64,000 nt of DNA. Origin: Mobula hypostoma (Eukaryota). Shown in pieces: positions 1 through 12,149 of the stretch; position 1 is the first letter of the stretch; every line of letters begins with the position of its first letter. The stretch covers positions 50,408,001 to 50,472,000 of the forward strand of contig NC_086097.1 in assembly GCF_963921235.1 (NCBI RefSeq), written 5' to 3'. Under the pieces are notes generated by a model. It was not told the DNA's origin and searched no databases. It worked only from the letters and a program-made list of their open reading frames with translations. The position numbers and the translations under genes are program-made.

Positions 1-1388
1 GTAAGGCAAAGTAGCAGTGAGATACAGAAGGATGGGATAAAAACTAATGTTGTTCTGCTGTTTAAGAAAGGCTTTAAGAACAAACCAGGAAATTATAGGC
101 CAGTGAGCCTGACATTGGTATTGGGAAAGTTATTGGAAGGTATTCTAAGGGACGGGATATATGAGTATTTGGATAGACAGGGACTGATTATGGGTAGTTC
201 GCATGACTTTGTGTATGGCAGGTCTTGTCTAACCAGTCTTCTAGAGCTTTTCGGGGAAGTAACCGGGAAAATGGATGCAGTGGATGTTGTCTACATGGAC
301 TTTAGCAAGGGATTTGACAAGATCCCACATGGGAGGTTGATCAAGAAGGTTCAGTCACTCGGCATTCAAGATGAGGTAGTAAATTTGATTACATGTTGAC
401 TTTGTAGAAGCCAGAGAGTGGTAATAGATGGCTGCCTCTCTGATTGGAGGCATAGTGGAGTGCCAAGGGGATCAGTGCTTGGTCTGTTGTTGTTTGTCAT
501 CTATACCAACAATCTGGATGATAATGTGGTTAACAGGATCAGCAAGTGTGCAGATGACACCAAGATTGGGGGGTGTAGTGGACAGCGAAGATGACTATCA
601 GAGCTTGCAGCAGGATCTGTATCAGCTGGAAAAATGGCAGGTGGAATTTAACACAGACAAGTGTGAGGTTTTGCACTTCAGTCGGACCAACCAGACTAGG
701 TCTTACACAGAGTGGTAGGGCACTGAGGATTGCGGTAGAACAAAGGATCTGGGAATAGAGTTCCATAATTCATTGGAAGTGGCGGCACAGGTAGATAGGG
801 TTGGAAAGAAAGCTTTTGGCACATTGGCCTTCATAAATCAATGTGTTGAATACAGGAGATGGGATGTTATATTGAAGTTTGGTTACCTACCTACAGCAAA
901 GATGTAAATAAGATTGAAAAAGTATACAGAGGAAATTTACGAGGATGTTGCCAGGACTGGAGGACCTGAGTTATAAGATTGATTAAGTTACAACTTTATC
1001 CCTTGGAACGTAGAAGATTGAGGGGAGGGAAATTTGATAGAAGTATACAAAATTGTGAGGGATTTTGATAGGATAAATGCAAGCAGGCTTTTTCCACTAA
1101 TTGGGTGTGACTACAGTTAGAGATCATGAGTTGAGGGTGAAAGGTGAAATATTTAAGGGGAACATGAGGGGAAACTTCTTCACTCAGAGGGCTGTGAGAG
1201 TGTGGAACAAGCTGCCAGCATAAGTGGGGCATGTGAGCTCGATTTCAACAGTTAAGATAAGTTTGGATAGATACACAGATGGGAGGGGTATGGAGGACAA
1301 TGGTTTTTATTAGACAGTTTACATAGTTCAGCATGGACTAGATGGGCCAAAGGGCCTGTCTCGATGCTGTACTTTCCTATCACTCTAT
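1..1388 (+). mobile_element. CR1 LINE, degenerate 3' portion (RT and 3' UTR)
   Basis: Frameshifted RT remnants (GNYRPVSLT, HDFVYGRSCLT, VDVVYMDFSKGFDKIPHGRL, EKWQVEFNTDKCEVLHF). The CR1 3' hairpin (ATGGGCCAAAGGGCCTG) and a TCTAT-type tail end at about 1388. Same family as the 24250-28080 copy. Confidence 0.9.
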
Positions 1389-1389
1389 T

Positions 1390-2142
1390 AGAAGAAGGTC
1401 TTGTTGTTGGTTGAGACTGAAGTGTAAATTCAATACTAAGCAGTATGTGTGGCGTAAATCTAATACAGCACATCATCCAGATCACACCATCCCTACTATA
1501 AGGTATGCTGCATGCAGCATCACGCTATGAGGATGCTTTTCAGCAGCAACGACTGGAAATCTGGCCATGATCGATGGGCAGATAAACACTGCTAAATAAA
1601 GATCCTGGATAAAAACCTGCTTTCCTCTGCCAGAAAGTTGCAACTGGGAGGAAGTTCATCTTTCAGTGGGACAAAGACCCATAGCACACTGTCCTTAAGT
1701 GGTCCAGTCAGAGTCCTGACCTTAACCTGATTGAACATCTCTCGCAGGGCTTAGATTGCTGTGCACTGCCTCTCCCCAACTACCCTGCACAGTTTGAGCA
1801 ATTCTGCAAGAAGAAATGGGCAAATCTTGCTCCAAAACATTGTGTCAAGCTGATAGAGACTTATCCGAAAATACTCGCTATAATAGCTGCAAGAGGAGGT
1901 TGAACCAAGTACTGAGGAAAGGGGGATGAATACTTTTGAACTGCTGGCATTTCAGTTTTTTGAATTTTTAGTTTTTCATACCTTTCAATTTTCCCTGCCT
2001 TTGGGGGCACGATTATGAAAAAAGGAGCATGTTATTCACAAATAAAAAATCTCATTTAAATTGATCAAAATCCCTGATTTTGTGAACTAAAGTCATTTAT
2101 GTGAACAAAGGGTTGGAGTCTAAATACTTTTTCAAGGCACTG
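1390..2142 (+). mobile_element. Tc1-like DNA transposon, 3' half (decayed transposase and right TIR)
   Basis: Remnants KQYVWRKSNTAHHPDHTIPT, GCFSAA, WSSQSPDLNLIEHL and EQFCKKKWA. Ends ...AATACTTTTTCAAGGCACTG followed by TA (2143-2144). An inner repeat GAATACTTTTGAA near 1928 suggests an IR/DR-type TIR. The 5' side abuts the CR1 tail, so the CR1 probably inserted into this element. Confidence 0.85.
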
Positions 2143-3359
2143 TAAGCAATTATTTGTGGAATGGAAGATATATCAAGCTGTTGGATGACTTGGAATCAGT
2201 CGATTATATTTACACATTATATTAGTGAATATACCATGAACAACAAATTGGGTAAATGATTGGAAGAATGGATGATTTATTACTGGTGACTCATATAACA
2301 AGTAATATCTCCACTAAATATGTGGAGTGGATATGAATTAATATTTTTATTGCATTCTCTTTGGGATGTCACAATCAAAGTGCAGTATTTATATTCCAAT
2401 TTATTCTGTTGCCATAGTAGCTCTGAACAATTAGGTATAAAGCAGAACGTCACACATCTGAAAAGCTGTGCAGGTTGATCACAGAATGTACTTTAGACAA
2501 TAAAAAGATTGCAAGGAAAAAAGGGATCTTCAGCAAGAATGCAGAGGAACCAGTCAAATAAGGCAATCCTTAACTATGATAAATTTTATAGGTGATACAT
2601 ACTGTAGCCACTGTGCTTGTGTGCTGGATGAGATACCAGTCAAGTGAATGAACGAAATTCCATCACACTCCTGACTTGTGCCATATAGATGATGGAAACC
2701 CTTTGGGGTTGGCGAAAAAGTGAATTATTGACTGCAGAAAAGCCATTATCCTGCTTTTCTTGTAGCTAGTATATTATGTGGCAGGTCCAGTTGTGTTGTG
2801 TTTCTGGTCAATAGTGACTGTCAAGATGATATTGGTGAACTCAGCAATAATATCATTGGATTATACTCCTTTCTGTCAGAGATGATTGTTATCTGACACT
2901 TTTGTGTACTTACTACTTGTCAGCCTACAGCTGAATGTGATCTAGCTCCTGCTGCATACAAGCTTGAAGCGCATCATTTGCTGAGCTGAAAATATAAGTG
3001 AACATTATGTAACCACCAGTAAATATCCCCATTTCCAATACAATGATGAATGGAAGTTTGTTGATGTTGCTGCTGAAGATGGCAAGATGATACTGCCTGA
3101 AGAATTCCTGCGGAGATACCGAGGTTGGATGATTAATTTCTCTAACACTATGACCTTCCTTTTTGTGAGGTATGATCTCAGCTTTGGACTGTTTACTCTA
3201 TGTTGCCCTATAAAGGTATAATACTGCCTAATCTTAGAACTCAAATTAGTCATGATCCAATGTTGCCTTACTTAATGTTCTTTTGCATATGAGGTAGTAG
3301 TTGGAACTCCTAAACTCTGAGGAATAGCAGTATTGCAAGCTCGTTAAGTCAACACTAGC

Positions 3360-3770
3360 TATCTTGTAGTGAATCTGTTGGAATCATCTACTGTATCCGG
3401 TGCTCCCGATGTGGCCTCCTGTACACTAGTGAGACCCAACGTAGATTTGGGACTACTTTGTCTAGCACCTTCACCCCGTCTGCAAAAGGCGGGTTTTCCT
3501 GGTGGCCCACCTCCTATCCCCACTGCCGTTCTGACATGTTGGTTCATGGCCTCCTCTTTTGCCATGAGGCCACTTTCAGGGTGGAGGAGCAACACCTCAT
3601 TCTGTTCAGATAGCCTCCAATCTGATGGCATGAACATTGATTTCTCCTGTTAACTTCCACCCCCCCCCACTTCCCCATCAGTTCCTCACTCTGGCCCCAC
3701 TCTTACCGATGCTCCTCATCTCCCTGTCACTTCCCCCAGTGCCCCTCCTACTTCCCTTCCTCCCATGGTC
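3360..3770 (+). mobile_element. Penelope-like element fragment (GIY-YIG endonuclease)
   Basis: Translates to IIYCIRCSRCGLLYTSETQRR, matching the PLE GIY-YIG pattern (...LYIGET.R.L..RF.EH), followed by LxVEEQHLI...SLQSDGMNIDFS and a C-rich tail. Confidence 0.8.
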
Positions 3771-3830
3771 TTTCTCAAATTAAAAAATTCATCCGTGATT
3801 TTACATCCTACTGTCTCTTCCCTTTCAGTA

Positions 3831-4020
3831 CACACAAAATGCTGGAGGAACTCAGCAGGTCAGATAGCATCTATGGAAGAGTATAGTCATTGTCCTGATG
3901 AAGTATCTTGGCCCAAAATGTCGACCATACTCTTTCCATAGATGTTGCCTGACCGGTTGAGTTCCTTCAGCATTTTGTGTGTGTTTCTTGGATTTCCAGC
4001 ATCTAGATTTTTTCTTGTGA
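3831..4020. repeat. Penelope terminal-repeat palindrome with a decayed hammerhead in the spacer
   Basis: Arm 3831-3888 (CACACAAAATGCTGGAGGAACTCAGCAGG...) is the reverse complement of about 3924-3982. The spacer reads GTCCTGATGAAGTATCTTGGCCCAAAATGTCGAC. Confidence 0.8.
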
Positions 4021-4344
4021 TTGGTCTCTTCCCTTTCATCTTGTAACTACCCTGGTCCTCTTCTTCTGTTTCCAACATTTCTGGCCTCCTGCACATCCCA
4101 AATTTTAGTCAATCTACCACTGATAGAATCTCCTCCTCCTCCTCTCTCCCTCCAAGATGATACATAAATCTGCCCTCTAGAACAAAGTTTTGGTTACTGT
4201 TCTCAAGATCTCCTTTCTTTGTGTAGCAGTTTTTTTCCCATTATGTTTGTGTATTTTCATACACATTAAGAGGTATATAAATAAGTACACAAGAAACAGG
4301 AGTAGAAATAAGCAACTCAGATTTCAAATTGCAAGGGATAAAGA

Positions 4345-6265
4345 ACTGAAGAAACACAAAAGGCCAAAGGAGGACAAGTCAGCAGGATCTGATGGAATCC
4401 ACCATGATTCTGCAGAGGGTAGACTTATGATAGAAATTTTCATAACTGTCTATACTGTGGGAGGATATTAGAATGTTGGAAAACCTCCTTCTTCAAAAAA
4501 GCAGTTAGTGAGGAACTAAGGGTACTTAGTTTAAGTTATTGTCAGCAAGATACTGGAGCCAATAATCAAAAAGGAAATAGTTAATCATCTAGGAAAGCTG
4601 ACTATAATTAAATCCAGTCAATCTGGCTTTATGAAAGGTATTTTGTGTTTGACAAATTTGTCTGAATTTTTTGAGGATGTAACAGGAAGAGGTGAATAGA
4701 AGGGAACTTGTAGCTGTACTGTATTTAATTTCCAAAATGCATTTGACAAGATACCACATAAAAGATTCCAGTGCTTAAATTAAAAGCCTATGTTATTGGA
4801 AAAGAGTGTAAATAGGTACAAGTGCATGACTGGATAAGGATAAGGTGACTCTGCAACAAGATACAGTGGCATGCAAAAGTTTGGGCAGCCCTGGTCAAAA
4901 TTTCTGTTACCGTGAATAGCTAGGCGAGTAAAAGCTGAACTGATTTCCAAAAGGCATAAAGTTGAAAGATGACACATTTCTTTAATATTTTAAGAAAACT
5001 TTTTTTATTTCCATCTTTTACAGTTTCAAAATAACAAAAAAGGAAAAGGGCCTGAAGCAAAAGTTTGGGCACCCTGCATGGTCAGTACTTAGTAACACCC
5101 CCTTTGGCAAGAACCACATCTTGTAAACGCTTTTTGTAGTCAGCTAAGAGTCTTTCAATTCTTGTTTGGGGGATTTTCGCCCATTCTTCCTTGCAAAAGG
5201 CTTCTAGTTCTGTGAGATTCTTGGGCCATCTTGCACGCACTGCTCTTTTGAGGTCTATCCACAGATTCTCGATGATATTTAGGTCGGGAGACTGTGAGGG
5301 CCATGGCAAAACCTTCAGCTTGCGCCTCTTGAGGTAGTCCATTGTGGATTTTGAGGTGTGTTTAGGATCATCATCCTGTTGTAGAAGGCATCCTCCTTTC
5401 ATCTTCGGCTTTTTTTTTTTACAGACAGTGTGATGTTTGCTTCCAGAATTTGCTGGTATTTAATTGAATTCATTCTTCCCTCTACCAGTGAAATGTTCCC
5501 TGTGCCACTGGCTACAACACAAGCCCAAAGCCTGATCGATCCACCCCCGTGATTAACAGTTGGAGAGGGTTTTTTTTCATGAAATTCTGCACTCTTTTTT
5601 TTCTCCAAAAATACCTTTGCTCATGCGGCCAATAAGTTCTATTTTAACTTCATCAGTCCACGGGACTTGTTTCCAAAATTATTTAGATGTTCCAGTCTTA
5701 TTTAGATGTTCCTTTGAACCTTTTGGCTGCAATGAACAAAGGTATGTTTGGAGAAAAAAGGGTGCAAAATTTTCACAAGCTGTGATACTTGCCAAAGGGG
5801 GTGTTACTAAGTACTGCCATGCAGGGTGCCCAAACTTCTGCTTCAGGTCTTTTTCCTTTTTTGTTATTTTGAAACTGTAAAAGATGGAAATAAAAAAGTT
5901 TTCTTACTTAAAATATTCAATAAATGTGTCATCTTTAACTTTATGCCTTTCAGAAATCAGTTCATCTTTTACTCGCTTAGCTATTCACAGTAACAGAAAT
6001 TTTGACCGGGGTGTCCAAACTTTCCCATGCCACTGTATATTGAGAGGGCAAAAGACTCACTAATGTAATGTGAAGAATTGTTAGGTCATTCACTTCAGTT
6101 AGATAAATCAAATGGCAAATGGAAAGAGATTGTTAATGAAGTGCAGAGGAGTCTAGCTGCTCCAGGACATGAATCACAGAAAGCTAACAGGCAGGTTCAA
6201 CAATTAGTTAAGAAGGCAAAAGACATTTTGGCCTTCATAGCAAAGAGTATGCAATTTAAGGAAGA
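4345..6265 (+). mobile_element. Old CR1 remnant split by the Tc1 insertion (about 4345-4860 and 6040-6265)
   Basis: Remnants KSAGSDGIH, GFMKGILCLTNLSEFFEDVT and FQNAFDKIPH lie before the Tc1. HESQKANRQVQQLVKKAKDILAFIAK lies after it. Confidence 0.7.
4864..6035 (-). mobile_element. Tc1 (DD34E, IR/DR-type) non-autonomous fold-back element
   Basis: TA|CAGTGGCATG...CATGCCACTG|TA. Inverted arms of about 260 bp (4864-5124 and 5775-6035) carry inner and outer direct repeats CAAAAGTTTGGGCA. The minus-strand transposase remnant has WTDE...HGGGSI...QQDDDPKH...SPDLNIIE, with 34 residues between the second D and the E. It is frameshifted and lacks the N-terminal DNA-binding domain. Confidence 0.95.
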
Positions 6266-7852
6266 ATGTAGAAACTCCATACATACAGCATCAGAAGTCA
6301 CAAAGAACTAATTTTCTCAAACCAAAACACCTTTATAGATCTTGATAATGGCTCCAACACCTATGAGACGTAATGCAATGCAGTTTTCCTCAAATAATTT
6401 ACTTTGACTCAAAGTAGGATTTTAAGGAATTAGGGAGAATGTCCGATTCTATAATATTAACTCTGCTGAGCCTAGTTCAAAATAAAAAGAAAACTTAATT
6501 CACAGGATGAAGGAAAACACTTCTGAAGCTTACAAGTTCAATATAGTAAATAATTAAACAAAAATAGATGTGAAATCTTTTTATTTAAGATAATATAATT
6601 ACGTAAAAAATCTAGCATACATTTACAAATGTTAAAAGTATACATTAATGTTTCAGTTTCTATGTTATTGCTTAAGACTAATAAATGTACTTTATTCATG
6701 GATAATACAAAATAGATTAATTTTAACAAGTTTAATAAAAACCTAACCTAATTTTTTTTTCCTGGGACTTACAAGTTGATAGATTGAGCTATTTATATAC
6801 TGAAAATGTTTCTAATGTTTTTATTTAAAGAGAGTAACTCTATTATAATACTGTTAAAAAATAATTCTGATTCTTTTAAAGTAGTTCCTACAATGCTTAC
6901 AAACTGGCCTAAAAATTGCCTTTCATATCAGGATTCATAATTATAATCAGTTCTGTGCTACAACACAAATGTATCATATTCACTTAAATAAATAAATAAC
7001 ACGTTTAATAACTTAGATCAACAGTCCCAATTAGAATTCAGCTTGTGCTAACTATCTAACCATCAGAAAATATGGCTTTTGTAATTGTAAAAAGTGGCTT
7101 AATTTGAAATAATATGCACCATAAAGCATAAATCATAAGCGCTTATTTTTTTAAATATTGGGAATAAACCTTTAAATTTACACAAATTTTCAATCTTTAG
7201 TCAGCGTGGTCTTCTGTGCCCAGATTCACAGTACTGTTGCGATTACACAGAACAAAGTGGAACATTTTCATGTCAAGTCCACAGAGCATCTAGCAAGGAA
7301 ACAATTCAATACCATTATAGCACATACAACTACTAACACATTGAATTTACAGATTATAATTAAGAACTTTGTAAGACAGCAATGTAAGAACATTTTCCCC
7401 TCATTTTATAGTGACAATTCCCTTTTTTCTGAATTACCACATAGAATTGATAAGAGTTCCATTTGAGTGGTAATTCTGAAAATGTAATTAGAAATAGAAG
7501 TTGTGATCTTTACTTGGCACCACTAAGGAAGACGTTTCATAAAACTTCTTTGAATCATATTGTTCTGATACAAAAGATTTTAAACTATGAGAAGTAAAAA
7601 TCCATACAGCTAAGTTTTAAAACTGTAAAAAAAGCTAATTGGTATTAATATATATATTTGTGTATGAAAATATGTACCATTTAAATTTTAACAATTCTGA
7701 CAAAGAGAACAAATGCAATGAAAGCACCGTAAGCAAAAGGCATCACCTGAACACTGGTGGTGACATTGTTCTTTTTAAAATCTGGTCAGAAAACTTTACA
7801 AGAGAGATTTAAAAATTGTACAGGTATCCTAAAATGAAGAAAATTCTAAAAC

Positions 7853-8689
7853 TTAGGACCCGACAATAATCTCCATGATGTGATCAAGCTCAGTTAAATC
7901 TGTTTTACAGTTCTGGGCAGAATTTATGGGTGTTGATGTGTGTGATGGCAAGCCATTTAGTAATTCAAATATGACTGGTGTCGTTTTTGGACTGGTCATC
8001 AACCCAGACATAACTGAGTCAAGCTCGTGCCAGGAGGTGTCAATATCCGCAAACAAATCATCTATTGTCATGTCTGTGAGAGGGCTAGAGTAATTTGCAA
8101 ACTCAAAACTCCCGAATACTTGATCCAAGGGCTTTGGACACTCCTTTAGATCCACTTGCTGCTCCTCAGATTCCAACATATTCAGATCATTTTCAAAATG
8201 CACTTGAACCAGATCTTTTACAGCACTGGCGTCTTTAACAGAAGCAGCAGCAGCAGAACAAGTAATATTCTCACAAGATGAACAGTTTACCTTGCTTTTA
8301 GTAATATTGCTGGTATTACTTGCGGAGGCAGTGGAACTTTCCACATGTTGCTCTTTTATTGGAGTACATAAGAAGTCTGTAGCAACTAGACTATCTGAGG
8401 AAGTATGACCTACGTAGAGATCGCTTCCTGTGAAAGCAGTTTGTCCCTGCCAGCTGCAATCTTGTATCATTTCCTCCTGGATCTGTCGCACTGTGTTGGC
8501 TATAAGCACTGAGCGACAAAGATTTGGTTCCACCAGCATTTTGCACAGCTGAAGTTTGAACAATGAGATATTTAGAAGTGACTGGCGTTGCAAGTTGTAT
8601 GGCAAACTAACACTGCTGCCAACAGGATCAAGACAGGCATCCACAGCTTGTTCTTCAGAAAATTTTCGCTTTATCCCTTTTGTCAACAT
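7853..8689 (-). CDS. CDCA4: Cell division cycle-associated protein 4-like (SERTA-domain/TRIP-Br family), 278 aa, single coding exon
   Basis: N-terminal KGIKRKF motif, SERTA domain YNLQRQSLLNISLFKLQLCKMLVEPNLCRSVLIANTVRQIQEEM (characteristic of CDCA4), acidic DDLFADIDTS segment and C-terminal ELDHIMEIIVGS. The ORF is uninterrupted. Confidence 0.93.
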   Translation of the reverse strand: MLTKGIKRKFSEEQAVDACLDPVGSSVSLPYNLQRQSLLNISLFKLQLCKMLVEPNLCRSVLIANTVRQIQEEMIQDCSWQGQTAFTGSDLYVGHTSSDSLVATDFLCTPIKEQHVESSTASASNTSNITKSKVNCSSCENITCSAAAASVKDASAVKDLVQVHFENDLNMLESEEQQVDLKECPKPLDQVFGSFEFANYSSPLTDMTIDDLFADIDTSWHELDSVMSGLMTSPKTTPVIFELLNGLPSHTSTPINSAQNCKTDLTELDHIMEIIVGS

Positions 8690-8695
8690 GTTGAC

Positions 8696-8712
8696 CTAAA
8701 GAACAAAACAAT
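8696..8712 (-). other. Splice acceptor of the CDCA4 coding exon
   Basis: The minus strand reads ATTGTTTTGTTCTTTAG|GTCAAC ATG: a polypyrimidine tract and AG 6 nt upstream of the start codon, implying a non-coding first exon upstream. Confidence 0.8.
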
Positions 8713-8829
8713 TAAAGCTCATTCTTCAGAACCAAGTTAAAAACTAATCATAACTTATAGAAGATTCAACTACTTTGATCTATTTTAATCAATACAATTA
8801 GAGAATGGGAGGTATGGGGTGAGCATCAC

Positions 8830-10890
8830 TGAGTAGTGTCTGAAAGAAAATTATAGATGGGGGCTTAACATCCAAGGAGACACATTGTATTGAAAGCACA
8901 GACAGATAGGCAGAGGGGGTGTGGTGGCTCTGCTGGTAAAAAAATGAAATCAAATCCTTAGAAGGAGATGACATAGGATTAGAAAATGTTAAAAACTTTG
9001 TGGGTAGAATTCAGAAACTACAAGTGTAAAAAGACCCTGATGGGACTTATATACAGACCTCTCAATAGTAGCCAGGAGATGGGATACAAATTACAACAGG
9101 AGATAGAAAAGGCATGTAATAAGGGCAATGTTGTGATAATCATGGAGAATTTAAATATGAAGGTAGATTGGAAAAATCAGATTGATGCTGGAACCCAAGA
9201 GATGGAATTGGTAGGACGGCTTTTTTTTAAAAGAAGCTTATGGTTGAGCCATTGGGGAAAAGTCAATTCTGGACTGGGTGTTGTGTAATGAACCAACTAT
9301 GATTAAGGAGTTTAAGGTAAGGGAATTATTCAGAGACAATGATCATAATATGATAGAATTCACTCTGCAGTTTGAAAGGAAGCAGCTAAAATCATAAGTA
9401 TCAGTAATACAGTTAAAGAAAAGGGAATTGCAGAGGCATGAGAGAGGAACTAGCCAAAATTGATTGGAAAGGGTCCCCTGCAGGGATGACAGCAGAACAG
9501 CAATGGTTGTAGTTTCTGGGAGCTGTTTGGAAGGCGCATGATAGGTACATCCCAAAGAAAAATGTGTATTCTAAAGGGAGGATGAAACAACCATGGCCGA
9601 CAAGGGGAAGTCAAAGACAGCATAAAAGCAAAAGACAGGGAATGTAATATAGAAAAAAAAAAGTGGAAAGTTAAAAGATTGGGAATCTTTTAAAAACAAA
9701 CAGAAGGCAACTAAAAAAGCAGTAAGGAGAGAAAAGATGAAATATGAAAGTAAACTAGTCAATAATATAAGAGGATACAAAGGTTTTTTCAGATATATAA
9801 AGAGAGAAAGAGAAGGGAGAGTGTATATTAGACTGGTGGAAAATAATGCTGGATAAGTAATGGGGGACAAAGAAATGGCAGACTAACTTAATACATATTT
9901 TGTATTAGTCTTCACTGTGGAAGATGCCAGCAGTAGATCAGAAATTCAAGAATGTCAGGGAGCAAAACTGAGTGTAGTTGCTATTCTCTAAGGAGAAGAT
10001 GCTTGGAAAGCTGAAAGGTCTGAAAGCAGATAGGCCAGATGGATTATAACCCAGAGTTCGGAAAGGGGTACCTGAAGAGGTTGTGGAGGTATTAGTAATG
10101 ATCTTCCATGAATTACTAGGTTCTGGAATGGTTCCTGAGGATTGGAACATTACTAATGTCATTCCACTCTTTTAAGAAGGGAGGGAAGCAAAAGAAAGAA
10201 AATTACAGGCCAGTTAGCCTGATGTCAGTAGTTGGGAAGATGCTGGAGTCCATTATTAAGGATGAGTAATGAACTCCGACATCTTGGAGGTACTTGGAGG
10301 CACATGATAAAGTAGGTCAAAGTCAGCACGGTTTCCTTAAGGGGAAATCTTGACTGACAAATCTTTTGGAATTCTTTGAGGAAGTAACAGGCAGTTTAGG
10401 CAAAGGAGAGTCAGTGGATGTTGTTTATTTGGATTTTTAGAAGGCTTTTTTACAAGGAGCCACACATGAGGCTGCTAAACAAGAGCTCACGCGAATACTG
10501 GAAAGATTACTAGCATTGATAGATTGGCTGACTGGCAGAACAAGAATGGAAATAAAGGGGCCTTTTCTGGTTGGCTCCCGGTGTTTCAAACAGGTCTGTG
10601 TTGGAGCCACTTCTATTCACATTATATGTCAATGATTCTGATGATGGAATTGATGGCTCTGCGTGGAGGGCCGGGTAGTGTTGAGGAAGCAGGGAGTCTG
10701 CAGAAAGATCTGTACTGATTAGGAGAATGGGCAAAGAAGTGACAGTGGAATATAGTGCAGGGAAGTCAGATAACACTTGAGTATTGAGTTTTGGACCTCT
10801 TATTGAAGAAAGGATGTGCTGGCATTGGGGTGGGTGCATAGGATGTTTATGAGAATGACTCCAGGAATGAAAGGGTTAATGTATGAGGAG
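8830..10890 (+). mobile_element. Degenerate CR1 LINE (EN and RT remnants) in the presumed CDCA4 intron, antisense to the gene
   Basis: Remnants LWVEFRNYKCKKTLMGLIYRPLNS, DHNMIEF, PEDWNITNVIPLF, NYRPVSL, SQHGFLKGKS, VDVVYLDF, with many stops and frameshifts. Confidence 0.88.
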
Positions 10891-12149
10891 TTTGAATGCA
10901 AATGTGTTGAAGAACTGTCAACGTTCTACATGTTTTCAAAAAAAAGATAGAACCAATGGTGATTACAGGTCAGTTACTTATCATTGTGGTAGAATGGGGT
11001 AAGGTGTGAATTTACTACAAAGCTGAAGTAAAATAAAGTTTGTTCAGTGTAACCCTGCATGCTTTCAATTTGGCTTTTCAACATTTCTCCAACTCTACCA
11101 TTAGATAACACAATTACAACTGCAACTCCAGAATCACCTTCATTTACTTCTTACTGTTACTTTAATGATCCTCAAAGCCTTCTGCATTGAGCAAACTTTT
11201 GGATACCTGCTTATACAGGAGGTGCTCTTGTGAAGTGCCCTGCAACATTTAGCTATCCTAGAGGGATGAATTTAACATCTTATTAATGGAACAAAATGAA
11301 ACTGAAATTGATTTCAGCGAGAGCCAACTGTGCATTGTAAACTATTTGAGGATGATCAAAAATGGCACATATTGAAAGCATGTAATTTAAATTAGTCTTC
11401 AACATGATACTGTGGGAGAAATGATCAGATATTAGTTGTTTAGAATGCAGAGAAGACTGTAAAAATTGTTTATATTGTAGATACAGGAATTACTTTTAAC
11501 AAACTTCTCAGTGTTTGATACAAAGTTAATTTTAAAGCTTAGTCTTGTATGTAGTTTATTTGGATGCACGAAGTGGTGTTCAATCTGTAGTCATGTTAAC
11601 TTTTTAAGATTATTCTTTGAATTTGTCAGAGTAAACTGATAATGAACAATAAAAAGCAGAATTGTGTCAGAAATGAGACAAAATATTTTGGGTAAATTTG
11701 TGCCATGAATGGAATTAAGTTTGTAGAATATTAAAGCCAGTAGTTTAGTTTTATTGAGCATTTAGAAAAAAAGAGAACTGAAACCTTGGATTTTACATCA
11801 GGAGTATGGACATAGAAAACCTAAACGAGTGTCACTTGTTTAATTCAGAGAGATGAAAGAAAATTAGCTTTACCTGAATGAACGGTGGTGGTGCAGGGAT
11901 TGAGTATCATTATCCTACAACTATCCCTCATTCTCCATTCCCTCACAAATCCCTCGCCTCCCTAGTTCACTCCTGCCCTTGCCACTCCTCTCCCCCACCC
12001 TTGCATTTTCTTCTTGCCCTCAAGTCGACTTCTCAGCATCTCCAACTTCCTCTTCTCCTTCCCAAAAACATCCCAACCATTTTCTTCAAAATAAACTCTC
12101 TCCACCCTCCCTCAGCAAAGCACATTTCACCTTCACTTTCCCCCCACAT

